DNA of 64,000 nt from Bigelowiella natans CCMP2755 (taxonomy: Eukaryota; Protista; Cercozoa): positions 1 through 64,000 of the forward strand of contig ADNK01001802.1 of assembly GCA_000320545.1 (NCBI GenBank). Reading direction: 5' to 3'. Position 1 is the first letter of the stretch. Each line of letters begins with the position of its first letter. Below are positions 25,831-40,760 of the stretch, piece after piece. A program made the translations under genes and the position numbers. The notes beneath the pieces are model-generated. The model made no database searches. It was not told the origin of the DNA and saw only the letters and a list, made by a program, of their open reading frames with translations.

Positions 25831-26827
25831 GCTACACTGCTGCTAGTTCTATATCAAACAAAGAAATTACGGCACAAAACGACGATGCATTTGCTAATTA
25901 TTTACCTTTATTTGACAGACTCCGCAAATATAACCCTTATTTGTAAGAACAACAAGATGATGGTGATAAGTCCTTTAATTGTAAAACAGAGGGAACTACG
26001 GCAATTTCCGCTATCATGACAATTGTCTGCATATATCTACTTAAAAATCGAGATATACTACTTACATCCTCATCATACTTTAAAAGGAAGTACCTTCACC
26101 ACTATTACTACTACCATTACTACTAGATCAAGTATTTCCCCCTTGCTTTCAAATATTCATAAGGAAGAAATTTATGTAGCAGCAACATCAGCACAGCTAA
26201 CCACCTGTTTCTGTTTGACTGTAGTAGTGCTTTGCCCTATCGAATAATGCAGGCAATACCAATTTACCAGCATATTTTTCCTGATGATCATGATCATGAT
26301 CGAGGGGATTCACAAACTATCAATGAATGATTGTCTACCAGTATGATTAGCATCAATAAAGGATGTCAATGATGATAAGGAAAGGAGGATTAGAAAGATT
26401 ACGAAGATCAGCAACGGGTAACATCGTTATTTGTCAGGAAAAGTAAGATGTGTATGTTTGAATGATATACTACTACTGTGTGGTTGATCTATCAACTATA
26501 TCGTCACACACTACATGCCTGTTGTTTCATCGTTAAAATCCACTTGCCTACCACAAACAATTAAAATATGTAAGATTAGTACGATGGGGGGGGGTACGAT
26601 AGGAATAGGCGCTCACATATTTAATAGTAACTGAAATAATTTAGTTTAAAAGAACTAACTTACTCTTCTCGTGAACGAGAGCTGAGATGAAAGAAAGCAC
26701 CACGAAAGCAAACTGTATTTTATACAAATAATAAAGCAAGACCTCAAATGTATATAACAGGTATCATAAACATTGAAGCATACACGTATCTAATTGTTGT
26801 CCATTAATATCTCTCAGCCCACCTCCA

Positions 26828-26873
<46 letters not shown>

Positions 26874-28081
26874 TAATAATTGTGTATATATGAGTTGTAA
26901 TAGTGACGACGCTATTTCTAATTAGCTGCTCAATGTTGCTACTTTCTACCTTATCTTCAAATGCATGCGAACTTGCGTATTATGTGTACGTACGTTGTTG
27001 TTGGCATATAGATAGACTTATTATAATGAGCAAATACATATATTGTTCACACGTAGATAACGTAGATAGACCTACCATAAGCAAAACTAGGGATTTCAAT
27101 GCGCAGCAGCTCATTCGCACTACTTCAGATTGTGCTAAATATTTTCTGGTAAAAAGTAGAATGATGTTTTAATTTGCAATCATAATCAAATATTACATAT
27201 CAGTAAATACTTAAAGCAGCGGCTTCTTCTTCTCCTTCTTCTTCTTCTTCCTATTCTTCTTTTGTTCTTCTACATTTTAACCACCACCACCTGTGTTTGC
27301 TATCGCGATCATCATCATCTCCTCCTGTTCCGACAGATGATGATGACGACGAGGAGATATTCAGTTGAGTCCTCCCCCTAAATAAGCAAAATATTAGACA
27401 TTTCCTTTCCAGAAAGTTCAGAGGCGTAATGCTTACGTGGAAAGTAGAAGCCTGATTGATCCCAAAACCATTGGTACTAATATGTCGATCGAGGAGGGGG
27501 GTATTGCTTTATCGCCTTACTCTGGCACCTTTTATGTGTTAGGTAGAAAAAGTACACCAACATAAATCTCAATAATTCTATTGATTTTATCCTTTCCTTC
27601 CTCCCCATCCTCCTCCTCCTCCTCCTCCTCCTCCTCCTCCTCCTCCTCTCATCATCATCGTGCTGATACGAACCCATCCGAAATAATCTACGTAGTACAT
27701 AATTGTACCAGGAATTTCGTCTTGCGACATCACTTTGTTCCACATTAGAAAAGGAGAATTTGCTTGTACGACAAGCAAGCTTGCTTTTTTAAGTTTTTAT
27801 CCGATGATGCTAATTAGATAGTTTTTCCACCCTGAAACATCGTAAGAGTAATCGCAAAATAATACTGTATCGAAAATGTTGGATCTTTGAAGTTAAAAAC
27901 GTGTCGCTTTCTGATAATGACGAGCATTCACAAGAATATTATGTTACAAAAGCAGTTACCGGCAAGAAGCGTTTTCATCGTATTGCATCCTCCTCCCCTA
28001 GATCTAGCTCCACTTAACCGTGTCGGTTTTTGCATGTAGGAAACCATATGAAATCATAAGTTGAACCGTTCTTACACACAC

Positions 28082-28119
<38 letters not shown>

Positions 28120-28721
28120 CATTAGATAGATGGAGCTCAACTGAGTTATAACTATTCCTTGACCTGTTTTATCATCCAACCAGCTCTATCCAAGTCCAAC
28201 TACTTTGAAGTATATTGGGGAGAAGAACTGGCTGCCTATCCTACTAAAGGAGCCAAACTTACCACTTGTAATTACTGGGACAATAATTTGTTAGGAATAT
28301 AATAAATGAGCGAAGCAGAGGTACAATTCCATCAATGTTGCTGCCACCCATCATTTTTAACGTTTCATCTATTACCACTTTTTAGAAGAAAGAAACCAAA
28401 AGCGGAGAGGGAGACAATCATCCTAACCCAAAGGTAACTTGAAAATCAAGGATTGATAAAGTTAAAGATTATCATTGCATAGTTTGTCGTGACATACATA
28501 CATAATGGCATGGGCAGGTGATCTCCGCCATTAAGAAAATCGCTGCTGGGGTTGTAGCAGAATGCGAGTCCCAAGGGGAACATCCCAGGTGGTGGCAAAA
28601 AATCAATGACAATGATCTTCACGAATTCAGAATAGTTGATTAACAAAGTTATACTTATTTTCCACAATTCAATTCTTAACCTAATAGTGAGGTGATTTGC
28701 TCGTTCCTGGTGCGGGCGCAT
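21252..28721 (-). CDS. Multi-exon gene (possibly two genes) with a C-terminal ATP-grasp domain resembling the TupA-like family; N-terminal half unidentified
   Basis: Exons KMFKFLKNNGLPHVDWLKIY, KEFPLYIKSCHITT, EYPEEIK|VEVIWGRAYLAFV and VWFMAESAARLMGIDAIRIDVFVLK|GNPMASVINEDSL|SSGAEYRWHFPHMAEL|WALGHKLKKY show the ATP-grasp K..H, R.D and NE motifs. Upstream exons (24700-28721) include hydrophobic segments such as FAFVVLSFISALV. Whether they join the ATP-grasp part is not proven. Confidence 0.55.
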
Positions 28722-28758
28722 ATACTCTCCCAGTATGTTTGATTTCAGAACGAAATTA

Positions 28759-28800
<42 letters not shown>

Positions 28801-29013
28801 TGATGAAGAGAATGGGGTGAAGGATTTGTCAAGAATAAACAACGTCACAGTGCGGTCATAATAAAAGATTCTTAGAGATTCTTAATCACCGTCATCCAGC
28901 TGCCAATTTGTGCATAAGAAGATGCTGTTTCAATGCTGCTACTGCAGTTATCTAAATGATGTTATCACTTTATTCGCAGTGGGGATAACGTAGATCTAAC
29001 CAACATCGAAGCG
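28722..29013. promoter_or_regulatory. Putative short bidirectional promoter (ATP-grasp gene / CFAP206)
   Basis: About 290 bp between divergent putative start codons. Inferred from position only. Confidence 0.4.
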
Positions 29014-29905
29014 ATGAAAGAGAAGGAGCTAAGCATGCTTACACACGAAATAGCTGAGAAGGTAGTTTTCCATCACCTCTTTCTCTATTTCCCTGCCTGA
29101 ATAGCGTGTCGTGGTGTATTATTCATAATTACTACCTCAACATGCTTGATACTACTCTAGGTTTTAAGTACTGGTGTCCCTGAGATAGAGACAATGAAGC
29201 TTCAGGCATCTACTCCTAATTTTATGTTATTACATACTTAATTATTTTTATCATTATCTGAATGTGATGAAAATTTGATCTTCTTATCACAATAAAACTA
29301 CTACCATTTGTCTGCGGTAGGTTCGTTTCGAGACACAATACGCTCTGTCAATGGAAGATATTAGAAAGGTAGTGGAGAGTATTTCTTCTCGAAAACGTTG
29401 AGTTTCGAGGATAAGCATGTGTAAAATACGATTATTCCCTTGTGATGATGGTTTGATGATGATGATGATGTCAGATAAGTAAAATACGATTATTCCCTTG
29501 TGATGATGGTTTGTTGATGATGATGATGTCAGATAAGTAAAACACAATTTCGAACCCAGCCAATCGATATCTTTTTCATTTTCTGTGATAATAATTAAAG
29601 TGATAATAATAATACTAGATGCGGAAAAACATATTTGAGCCAACAACAACCAGCAAATATGAATTGAAACAAATCCCCCAAGAGAAATAAATACAATAAC
29701 AGCGCGTGTGCAGTTCCATAAACATCGATTTAAAGTATTCATGCACTGAATGAAGATCAATTTAAAATATACACGCACTGAAACTACAGAGGGCACATGC
29801 GACAAGGCTGAAAAAGAATGATTTACTTGATCGAGTGGTAAATTTCCTACATGGCGCATTTCCTTGATCCTCTCTTCTTCTCCATGTCTCTCTCTCCCTC
29901 ACTCG

Positions 29906-29946
<41 letters not shown>

Positions 29947-30949
29947 TATATATCTTTTTTGATTTTTAACTAGGTTGAAGCAGGAACTAACCTCAAAAGC
30001 AATTCACAAGTACTTAAACATATGAAGAATATTATTTCGCACACTACATGAAATGGAGATCCCCTGTTTCCTCTGTATTAGCTGTTTTAGGAATACAAAT
30101 GTTTCATTACTTATGGACTTATTCTCCTGCTGTACGCATATGATGAGTAGTATTCTACTTCGAGCATTTGCTTATGTTCTTTATTGAAATGAAGGAAGAT
30201 GATATACACCACAGTAAATGATAGATTACTATCATTGAAACAACAACAACAACAATAAAAATAACAACAACAACAACATCAACAACAGGTGGAGTCCCTT
30301 TACCGCTCAATATTCAAGTTGTTGCTTCAGGTATTCCAATTCTTTTTTTTTTTCGTATGAGCGAAGTCAAAGAGCTGTAGGGAAGTACATCTTTCTTTTT
30401 CTTTTAAAATCTCACTGCCATCATAATAATCATTAATCAGAGCTGCGGAATTCCAGAAGCAGCTTTACAAAGAAAGATAGAAAGGGAGCTTGCTGGTGTT
30501 CTTGAGACAGTGTTTCCTCAGGTTTGCCATAAGATCATGATGATGCCGTGAAGATTATGATTAATGATGATGATAGTAGAGGTTGTACTGATGCTGAAAT
30601 ATGAGCGCATTGCCTGCACGAAAACAGATATTATTCGAATAACCATCATTACCGTTTATCCTGTGAGCATGCAATCGTTTTGCAATGTATTTGTCGCCCA
30701 GCTAGATCTAGTATTAAGTATTTTAACCTGAAATAAGTATTCAGAAATCAGAATTTGATCTGATGTGATGATACACACATGCACATGCACTTAGACAGAC
30801 GATATGTGTACTACCTCGATTCGTTTGTTGATGCTTGTTCTTTTCTTTTTCCTCGTCCTCAGTCACAACTCGTAAGCTTTGATAAACTGAGCTCAAAGGC
30901 GAAGAGGGATCATGCAGAGCAAGTCATCAAGAATGAAGAAGAAGACGGA

Positions 30950-30988
<39 letters not shown>

Positions 30989-31544
30989 ACACTCAAGGAG
31001 AACGATAAGAAGAAACTCTTTATTAATAAACAATCATTTACGTGCATCTTTTCATCGATAATACATCTATATACTACTACCTCAACTACATTGATACCCT
31101 AATTTTCTCCCTTTCCCGCCTCTTACTTACACTCATGGATTGCATTGAATATGTATTTATTTATAAGCATGATTGCACAGTAGCAGCTGCCACCTCCTCC
31201 TTTGTCTTAGATTCTATATATATGCCCTTATGGTCATCAAATTTACTTGGACGACTACTGTATTCCTTCGTTCTTTATGTACAATTGTTGTGATTAAGAT
31301 GGCGGATGTTGTGATGGGAATACGTTTATTCAATCGCGAGCTGGGAGAAGGAGGCCTAGGTAATTGCTAGTAATATCATTATTGCGTATTATTTCTATCA
31401 TTTTACGTAATTGCTAGTAGTATCATTATTGCGTATTATTACTATCATTTTATATAATTGCTAGTAGTATCATTATTGCGTATTATTACTATCATTTTAT
31501 ATAGAAGTAGTAGCGGTAGCAGTGGTAGTAGTAGTAACAGACTG

Positions 31545-31579
<35 letters not shown>

Positions 31580-32060
31580 TGTGCTTGTGTGTTTGTGAAT
31601 TTGGAGGCGGGGGTAAATGATACAGCCTCTCTTTCATTTTGAGATTGATGATGGTGGTGCTGTTGGTCTGCAGGTATCGAAGATGTGCCCCATTTAGCCC
31701 TCGAGGAAGCTAAGGTTGGTTGTTTCTGCTGCTGCTGCTGAAAACAATATCATCTTGTATTAATACTTCTTCAATAACACGGTCTTGCTACACAATGACG
31801 TCTGGTGTAAGAAGCAGTGAACGAGGAGGAATCACTATGTACAATGCTGTTGTTTAGTTGTTGTTGTACTGAAAAGGTTTTGAGTAAACGAATGGAAGAG
31901 AGCTCTCGTGATATCGATCGAAAGGCGGAAAAGTAATTTATTGCATCTCGTACTATGTATGATGTTTTAAGTAGTAAACTAGTTTTTCCTCACTCTCCTG
32001 CTGCCGTGCTGCTACTACCTAATATCTTCTTTTTATGTAAAATTGTGAGTCTTTTTGAAC

Positions 32061-32097
<37 letters not shown>

Positions 32098-33014
32098 ACT
32101 GCACTCACAGTGAGCTGTTTTTGGCTGGCCACCATACGTATCATCACGATCAATGATGTGTGTTATTTCAGGTATGACAAAGTTCTCAACTTTGAGCACA
32201 TGGTGAGCGTTGTAGCAGTAGTAAGTAGTTAGTATGACAATGTAATAAGAGAGGATTTCTTATTAGAGTTAGTATTAGTAGTATTAGTAATTTTCTTTCC
32301 TACTTTTTTTCTTCCTCCTAAATACTAAAACAACTTAGCATTATTGATTAGCTGATGATAATATAGTTTTAAGATACATCAATAAATTAGAATAATGAAT
32401 ATTCAACACACCTATTGCACGCATAGTGATCTACTAACTTATAGATGCTATTATTCTTCATCTTAATACTGCTATGAAATCATGTATGAAGCGCTTTCCT
32501 TTATCGTTTAATGTTCAACGAGTATGTTGCATTGGGCTGGCTTTTTCGTATAAAATATGATATGATTATTTCGAGTAGTTGGTCATCATCATCATAGTCA
32601 TCATCTTATTGATATTGCTGCTATAGATTCCTGGATCTATTGCGAGCTCTGTTGATATGCTACAGAATGAACTAGCCCATAACCGGTACTAAATAACATT
32701 AGGGTTAGCTTATGTTACCTCATTTCGGAGAGTTGGTAGGAGCGGTGCAGATGGTGGTGGTGGTGGTGGTGATGGTGGTGGTGGTGGTGGTTACGGATTA
32801 GAATCTGTTGGTTTTTTTATTGACGTTGATGTTGAGCTACTACTACTACTACTACTAGTAGTAGTAGTAGTAGTAGTAGTAGTCTTTTTGGTGTACATGG
32901 TGGAAATATGACAAAAAATGTTCCTACAGGCAAATAGTCCTCCTTCTTAATCAGCTACTCCACGATTCCCTACAGGTTTGTATTTCATTCGATAATAATA
33001 GATATATTTAATTA

Positions 33015-33054
<40 letters not shown>

Positions 33055-35696
33055 GATATTTAATATTGGTATAAAAATATGGTGACAAAGAGAGCGATAC
33101 TGAAAATAATAGCACCTGTTTGTGCTTGCAACTAGTACAAGAAACTGATAATGATTCAGTACTTACAATTATTGAATTTTGGGAGTGGGGAAGCTGATGT
33201 TATTGATTTTTACTAGACACATTGATAGGTTTCGTGATGATATTCTTTGTTTGATGATAGGGTGTGGATTCAATATGGAAGTTACATCAAAAATTCCGCA
33301 GGTTTTTTATTTATATTACATATATATTTTCTAGAGAGTGAGAAGTCAACTATCTTACACTGTTTGCGTTCCACTGTAAACATAACGTGCAATAATGTGA
33401 AGGTAATTAATCTAATTGCTGCTATATTTATATTTAGTATTCTACAACAATTAAGATCATTAGTTGGAGGCAAATCAGCGGTATTTTAAGCATTACTACA
33501 TCTCAAATAATAATATTCATAGTAATAGAACTAGCGTTACAAAATGGGATGATAAATTTCGAGAGATACATATTTGCAAGGGAGGCCGCCTATAGAAAAT
33601 CATGGAAATTGAATGGTTTGAGCAAGTATATATACACAAACAAACATACATCCACCTGCTATGAAGAAAAGCAGCAAGAAATGAATAGAAATTATTTTAT
33701 ATTCTATTATGGTGCTATTGCTCAACAACTTCAACTATTAATTCACATTTTACTAATACTACTACTACTACTACTACATTCACCACTAACAGGTGCCGAA
33801 AGAGACTGTATATCCTCACTTCATTCAACTATCAAACATTTGGATGGCAATGGTACTACTTACTATGAGTACTATTTTACATACAAGGAAGCACCCGTAC
33901 TAATTGATAGATATTTGTTTCTCAGGAAAAGGAACGTGAATACACAGAGTTACGTCGTAAGGTTTATGCTGAGGTAGAAGTGTACAAGTAGTAGTAGTAA
34001 GAAGAACAGCTAGATGAGACTACTATCATGGCCCTCCCTCTTTTATTGGTTGACTAGAAGAATAAGAAGAGGTTCTTGTTTTCTACCAAGCTTAAAGCAG
34101 CAGCGGCAGCAGCAGTTATCCTAATCGTCTACGTGTTGTTGGCCCTTCTTCATATTGAGTCATACAAACAACTGACCAAAAGATGTCGAGTAATACTTAT
34201 CCCTAACGACAACACAAATGCTAATACAAACAGTTGTGTCCATTCATGGATTGTTTCAAGAGCTCAATTCTTCCAACGGATTTAGCAAAGGCAGGAGCAC
34301 ATGAAGCGAAGCTCTACAATGATCATGTACTGCTATACTATTACTACTTACTACTGCTATTACTTCCTCTGTTATAATTCTCATGTCAATAGATGATATT
34401 CACAAAACAATTCTCATGTCAATAGATGATATTCACAAAACAATTCTCATGTCAATAGATGATATTCACAAAACAATTCTCATGTCAATAGATGATATTC
34501 ACAAAACAATTCTCATGTCAATAGATGATATTCACAAAACAATTCTCATGTCAATAGATGATATTCACAAAACAATTCTCATGTCAATAGATGATATTCA
34601 CAAAACAATTCTCATGTCAATAGATGATATTCACAAAACAATTCTCATGTCAATAGATGATATTCACAAAACAATTCTCATGTCAATAGATGATATTCAC
34701 AAAACAATTCTCATGTCAATAGATGATATTCACAAAACAATTCTCATGTCAATAGATGATATTCACAAAACAATTCTCATGTCAATAGATGATATTCACA
34801 AAACAATTCTCATGTCAATAGATGATATTCACAAAACAATTTCGTGGATACTTGTTGAGATGTTGCTCTCAGAAGTCGAGTACTCTACATTCCTCCACCA
34901 TTTCTTATTCCTCTGATTTTGATATACACACAGAAGAATACGCGGGGAGAAGTAAAAGAAGATAAAAAGAGTCATGATGATGCTGATGATGAGAATGAGG
35001 ATGGTGAAGAAGCTAGCCTATCAAAGATCGTAAAGACTGTTAAAAAAGATAAAGTAATAAGTTCTATGATTAATACTACTAAATAGAAGTTTAGAAGATG
35101 AAGAAGAAGAAGAAGATCAGAGCCCATTCCAAGAAAAAAGAATTAGTTGAACATGTTGTATGTGGTTAGCTCTTTATGTATATGTGTTGTATTGTGTGGC
35201 AGGATGAATCTATGAAAAAAATTCTTAGTCAAAGCAATACCACACCTTACCGCATCGTGAAAGAGGTAAGTAGGCAGTTATTATCGTCAATTACTCGTGC
35301 TATTGACAGTAGTGTTAGGTATGAAATCTGCATGATAGAAGGAACAAATAATCAAAAGAAGAAGAAGAGGGAAGGAGGCAGAGTAGAAAGCTGTTGGAAT
35401 ATACAACAATATTGCACAATGTGGATGATAAGACAAGTCAGTTCAGATGTTGCTTTCTTGTCATCATCACCATCATCACCATCATCATCATCATCATCAT
35501 TTTCATTATCATCATCAGTCAACTCCTGAATTCATGACTCTGCCATTAGAATATCAAGGGTAGTAGTAGTAGTTGTTGTTGTTGTTGTTGTAGTAGTGGT
35601 AAATGGACAGCAGCTGCTTTCTCGTGTGTTGTCTTTTACTTTTCTATTTGTTACTTCTTCTGTAGAGCCGCAACCACAAACTTTTCCTCAATCCAA

Positions 35697-35773
<77 letters not shown>

Positions 35774-36016
35774 CGCGCGCCCGCGTTTTGTTGTATGTTT
35801 TATAGCGTTTGTGCTGCTGATGATGGAGCTGGTGCTGCATTAATATATGATGACCATCTCAGGTTCTGTCCGTATACGCTGGTTATGCAAGGGGGACATC
35901 TCGTTCCTGGTTGTGTGACGACAGTAGTATCATCATCATCATCATCATCATCATCATCTGTGTGACGACAGTAGTATCATCATCATCATCATCATCATCT
36001 GTGTGACGACAGTAGT

Positions 36017-36049
<33 letters not shown>

Positions 36050-36066
36050 TGTGTGACGACAGTAGT

Positions 36067-36100
<34 letters not shown>

Positions 36101-37068
36101 CTTTTGTTTCTGCTGTTGCTGCTGATGCCGCAACTGTGTTTGTCACGTCCTTATAAATTCTAAATCGACAGCAGAAGAGAAATAGTACTTAACTCACTTC
36201 CCCCCCCCCCCCCCTCTCTCACATACACGCACACACTCTAAATAGGGGAGCCCCAAGCCGGGATAATCACGTACAAAGGAAAATGCTTCTCCCTTGCAGG
36301 GTTGGATGCAATGAAACGTTTCTGTAAAGGATAAAGAAGATATGATGGCTAGAACAACAACACAGCAGCCGCAGATAGATATGATTCTAGAGTCGAGTTA
36401 AAAGAATCGTCATCATTATCATCTTCATCATCGTTATTGGAATTATAATACTAATTAACAACAATCAGGATCCTGAGAAGATTCTTAGAGGAGTTGATCG
36501 ATTAGTACGGAAAAGCCCCCACCTTGCACATCTTCTCTGTGTCCAAGTGAGTAGTAGTAGTAGAAGTAGTAGTAATAGTAGTAGTGGAATAGTTATCAAG
36601 GATATGATGAGACAAGAATTTAGAACAAGAAAATGAAGAAACAGTGCCCCCCCCCCCCGTCAAATTCCCAAAATGTTCTATTTAGTGGTGTAGGAGGTAG
36701 TAGAGAATTTGTCTGATAGTTTTCAGTTGTTGTCAATGTATTATAGACTGCATTTCTAGTCTCGATCGTTTCTATCGATATATTTATGCGGCAATTATTA
36801 TTATCAATATTTCATCCTAATCTTCGCATTTCTAAAATTATGCACTACCACTGCAGTACACATACATTTTCAACAGATTTCCTACTAATAGAGCGATTTT
36901 ATTAGCCACAATTCCCATTGATTGTGTCTCTCTGCTCATCATCATCATCTTCTTCATATTATTATCATTAATCTTTGTTGCCATCATCTATCTACAGGAC
37001 GAAATAGCCAACTTTGCTATTCCGCACTTTCTCATCACGGATGAAGGGGTACTTCGTTAATCAACTTC

Positions 37069-37145
<77 letters not shown>

Positions 37146-37495
37146 ATGTTTGACGGTCCTCGTCATTCTTCTTTATTTCTCACCTCCATTTGTTACATAA
37201 CATACAACTACAATTGCAATTGCAATGATGAATGACCACCAGGCTTTGGTATGTGGTGGGGCTGGGCCTTCTTCTCGCGACGTTGGCACACAAACACCAA
37301 CACATTTCCTACCAGAGAGGAATATTGATCCCAAGGTTAGGAGAATGATGAGTTATTCTTCAGCTCACTTCTCAAAAATTGTTTGTTGTTGCAACGGCCA
37401 ACTACCAAAATATCAACATTGTATTTGTCAAAATCAAGAAATAAGGACAAATTAGCTACTACGTTCATTTACTAAAAAGGATATTGTCTAAAAGA

Positions 37496-37531
<36 letters not shown>

Positions 37532-38159
37532 CATTTATTTGTTACTAGTATTCATGGAATGAATGGGAACTCCGGCGACGTGCACTACAGATGGCAAGTC
37601 TCACCGACAAAAAGACCACAAGTGCACAGACGGTTCTACTACTGCTACTACTACTACTCTTACTACTACTACTACTCCTTGAGAATAAAAGAATCATCAA
37701 CGACACACTACTATTTTGGATCTATTTATGTATTCTGTATAATGATAATCTACACAAATATGTTTTTGATGCTGATCACGTTTTCTTTGTGTAACCATTT
37801 ACATAAAGGCCGAGTGTATTCATTTATATAATAATGACCGACTGAAAAAATCTGTAGCAGAAGTGAGTAGTAGTTCCAACATTATTAAACCAACTCGAAT
37901 TTATTTTTCCTCCCCCTTCTTCTCGATATAATACTACAGAATAAGTCACATTACCGGAGGGAAAATGCGACGCAATACACTCTACCCAAACCATATGCGG
38001 ATGGTTCCATGCCTGGCCAAGGTAGTAGTCCACTATAATGATAATAATAATTATAATAACAATAATACACATGTATCAATGAGACACGTAACTACTACCA
38101 CAGCTCATATCGTATATATGTAATATACGTAAAGTTGCGTTTGTGTGCGTGTGTATGTG

Positions 38160-38205
<46 letters not shown>

Positions 38206-38814
38206 GGGGGGGGGGTTGAAAGGGGTAGGAGGTACACCCATTCTTCTTCTAAGGGAAAATAAAGATATTGTTAGCCTCGTACGTAGTACAATTTGGCGGA
38301 ATCAGTCGTTCATTCGTCTTTAGTGATGAATAATGACGCAATATCACCGCACTCTTCTCTGTTCTTGTTGGCCTTGTTTGTCTTCTTGTTGTTGTTGTTT
38401 CATCTATTACTATTAACTACAGGCACACAGACAAGGAAATCCCAGGGCACAAACGTTCCTCGCACTAAAAGGTGGATGATATAAAGATTTACCTATACAA
38501 TAGAATTATTGACACGATGATTCTGATATGCTGCTGTATGGTGGTGGTGGTGATGATGATGATGGAACGTAACTCTGATTATAGTGGTATTATCACAATG
38601 AAATACCAGCAACAATGATAACAACAACAACAACAATAGTAATAATAATAATTATAATAATATCAAAGAGTCACCACAGAAGTTGTAGCACTAATTGTAA
38701 TCGGTATCTTCCTGTAAAACTGCTTTCAGATATTTTGCTGGACTACGAGGAAAAGCTGATGGAAAGTTCGTTGAGAAGAAAATTGTTATGGACGGTCAGT
38801 CGCACTTGAATTAA
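29014..38814 (+). CDS. CFAP206: Cilia- and flagella-associated protein 206, many exons
   Basis: Exons include ETMKLQ|VRFETQY, ERELAGVLETVFPQ, MADVVMGIRLFNRELGEGGL|GIEDVP, QLRSLVGGKSAV, GFCPYTLVMQGGHLVPG, DVGTQTPTHFLPERNIDPK, YSWNEWELRRRALQMASL, SHYRRENATQ and YFAGLRG...GQSHLN*. These are characteristic CFAP206 (C6orf165) motifs. Confidence 0.9.
34376..34841 (+). repeat. Perfect 33-bp intronic minisatellite, about 14 copies
   Basis: aattctcatgtcaatagatgatattcacaaaac is repeated with no visible variation inside a CFAP206 intron. Confidence 0.95.
35914..36100 (+). repeat. Compound intronic tandem repeat, 4 copies of tgtgtgacgacagtagtat(cat)n
   Basis: Seen directly; the (CAT)n length varies between copies. 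Confidence 0.85.
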
Positions 38815-38929
38815 TATATTTAGTTGGAAAACTACTTATGATGTTGGTTGAGGAGAAATATGAAAGCGTTTTTCAGAAATTCAATACATTTGCTTATCCA
38901 AGCCGATTGTTCCTTGCAGTGTGTGTTTG

Positions 38930-40150
38930 TCTGCATGTGTATGATTTGGATGGACCGCCATTTGTTTAAAAGCTAGTCCTTTTACAATGTGGTTATTTAT
39001 TATGAATAGGCATCGAAATTGTGGAGCAGACATAAGAAACTTTGTCTACAAATCAAGATCAATCTTCGCAGTAGAGATTGAATGCATCACGTCTCTCACT
39101 GTGTTTCGTTTCGACCATCAACGATTGTGCGTAAATCGCTCGTTGTGCATGCAAATTACATGTGTATGAAATTCAAAAAAAAAATGTGAGAAAAGGAAGT
39201 GGAAAATTGCCGATTGAATTCGCATGCATCATCATCTTCAAGCAGCAAATGGCATTGGATCGTGACGTTGCATTGATGACGTACGTCTAGCTAGATTGAG
39301 ATCTGCTTGCTGTCACATGTCTCGATGTGCGCGAGTCCTCTCGCGAGCGCTGAAACGACGTAACGACAACATGCAGTTTTGCGATGCACCACTTTGGTCG
39401 AACATTGTGGAACACATGCACACCAGGCTGCTATAGGGCTGAGACCATTAAATTGAGATCAGAGCGCGTGCGCTTCGCAGCGGCGGCTTTGCACATAGTG
39501 CATGTTGCTCGCACTACTTGACAAATGATAGTCTGGCGCATTCATTACGCAACAATGATTAGTGCAGTCGGCTGACACATGTGGAGAGTAGCATGCACAG
39601 CTGTGCAAGTCATGAGCTAACAGGATTCGCGCCGGTGATACAAGACTACGCATGATGTGCGTTCATTTGTTCTCTGGAGTTTTGCGAGAGGCCCTGATGC
39701 ACAATAATCCAATGAATGTCAGCCTCGGTGCATGCTGCGTGCAATGGAATGCAATCCACTAGCGCCAATTTGCGGTCATTATTGCACATTAAACATGGCG
39801 TGTAATGACAATTAATTAATTGTTGCAACCGCCTCGCCATTGCGATGGCCACGGCTATTGCGGTACACACGTGTTGCGCTACGCTACTACATACGCGGTA
39901 TCACGCTTTCAATCTATTTTCCCATGCACACACATGTAGGGAGTCCCTGTACACATGCACAACATTACAGAATGACCAGCAGCCACATCGCACCATGCAG
40001 CGTGTCGATCTATCGCGCTCATACATGGTTGTTGTACGTACGTACATTTTTAAAAGGGAAACCTCGGCAGACAGCGATTTTGTTTAGTTATACACATTTA
40101 CTTGCACTAAGTTGCCGTTGTTTGTTTATTATTCCTAAGCACACGATCGA
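38930..40150. other. Convergent intergenic spacer rich in TGCA/CATG/CGCG
   Basis: Lies between the stops of CFAP206 and the HYR gene. Examples: gcatgcatc, gtgcatgctgcgtgcaatg, acacatgcacac. Confidence 0.65.
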
Positions 40151-40181
40151 TCGATAGAACAATCTCTTTTCTGAGTTATCA

Positions 40182-40713
40182 TTACACCTTTGGCAAGCAA
40201 GCCTTGTACATATCGTCACCCCTGCATTCGAAGTTATCATTGCAGCATCTTACTGGCCCGGAATACGGCACTACGTCTCCAAGATTGTTAAGATGACCGT
40301 TCCTTGACTTCAGAGTCAGAAACAACCCTATTCATACAACAACAACAGCAACAACAACAACAAACTTAATTTTCAGAGCTATTTGAATAATAATACGCAA
40401 CATCTCTTCTCGCTTCTCCCTAGTAGTTTCCTTCTCAATATTTCCCTGTGCTGCTACTAATTAATGCTGCCCCTCAGTCCTTCTACTACTACTACTAGTA
40501 CTACTACTACAACTACCAATATATCTTCAACTATACTAATACTACGTCCTACTACTGCTATTTACCGCCGCATTGACGATGATTTTTGACATATTCTCCA
40601 GACTTAGTGCATTTGAACATTGAGGTATCTAATACAACAGAGTAGTAGTCCAATTTATTGAGCGTATGTAGTAGCAGTAAAAAGACCAATCATCCGTGTA
40701 TGTATACCCCAAT

Positions 40714-40760
<47 letters not shown>

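Noticed and set aside
34383-34916. 177-aa ORF of MSIDDIHKTIL repeats; possible CRISPR-like array
   Set aside because: It is the translation of a 33-bp intronic minisatellite. The repeats are contiguous with no spacers, and the context is eukaryotic.
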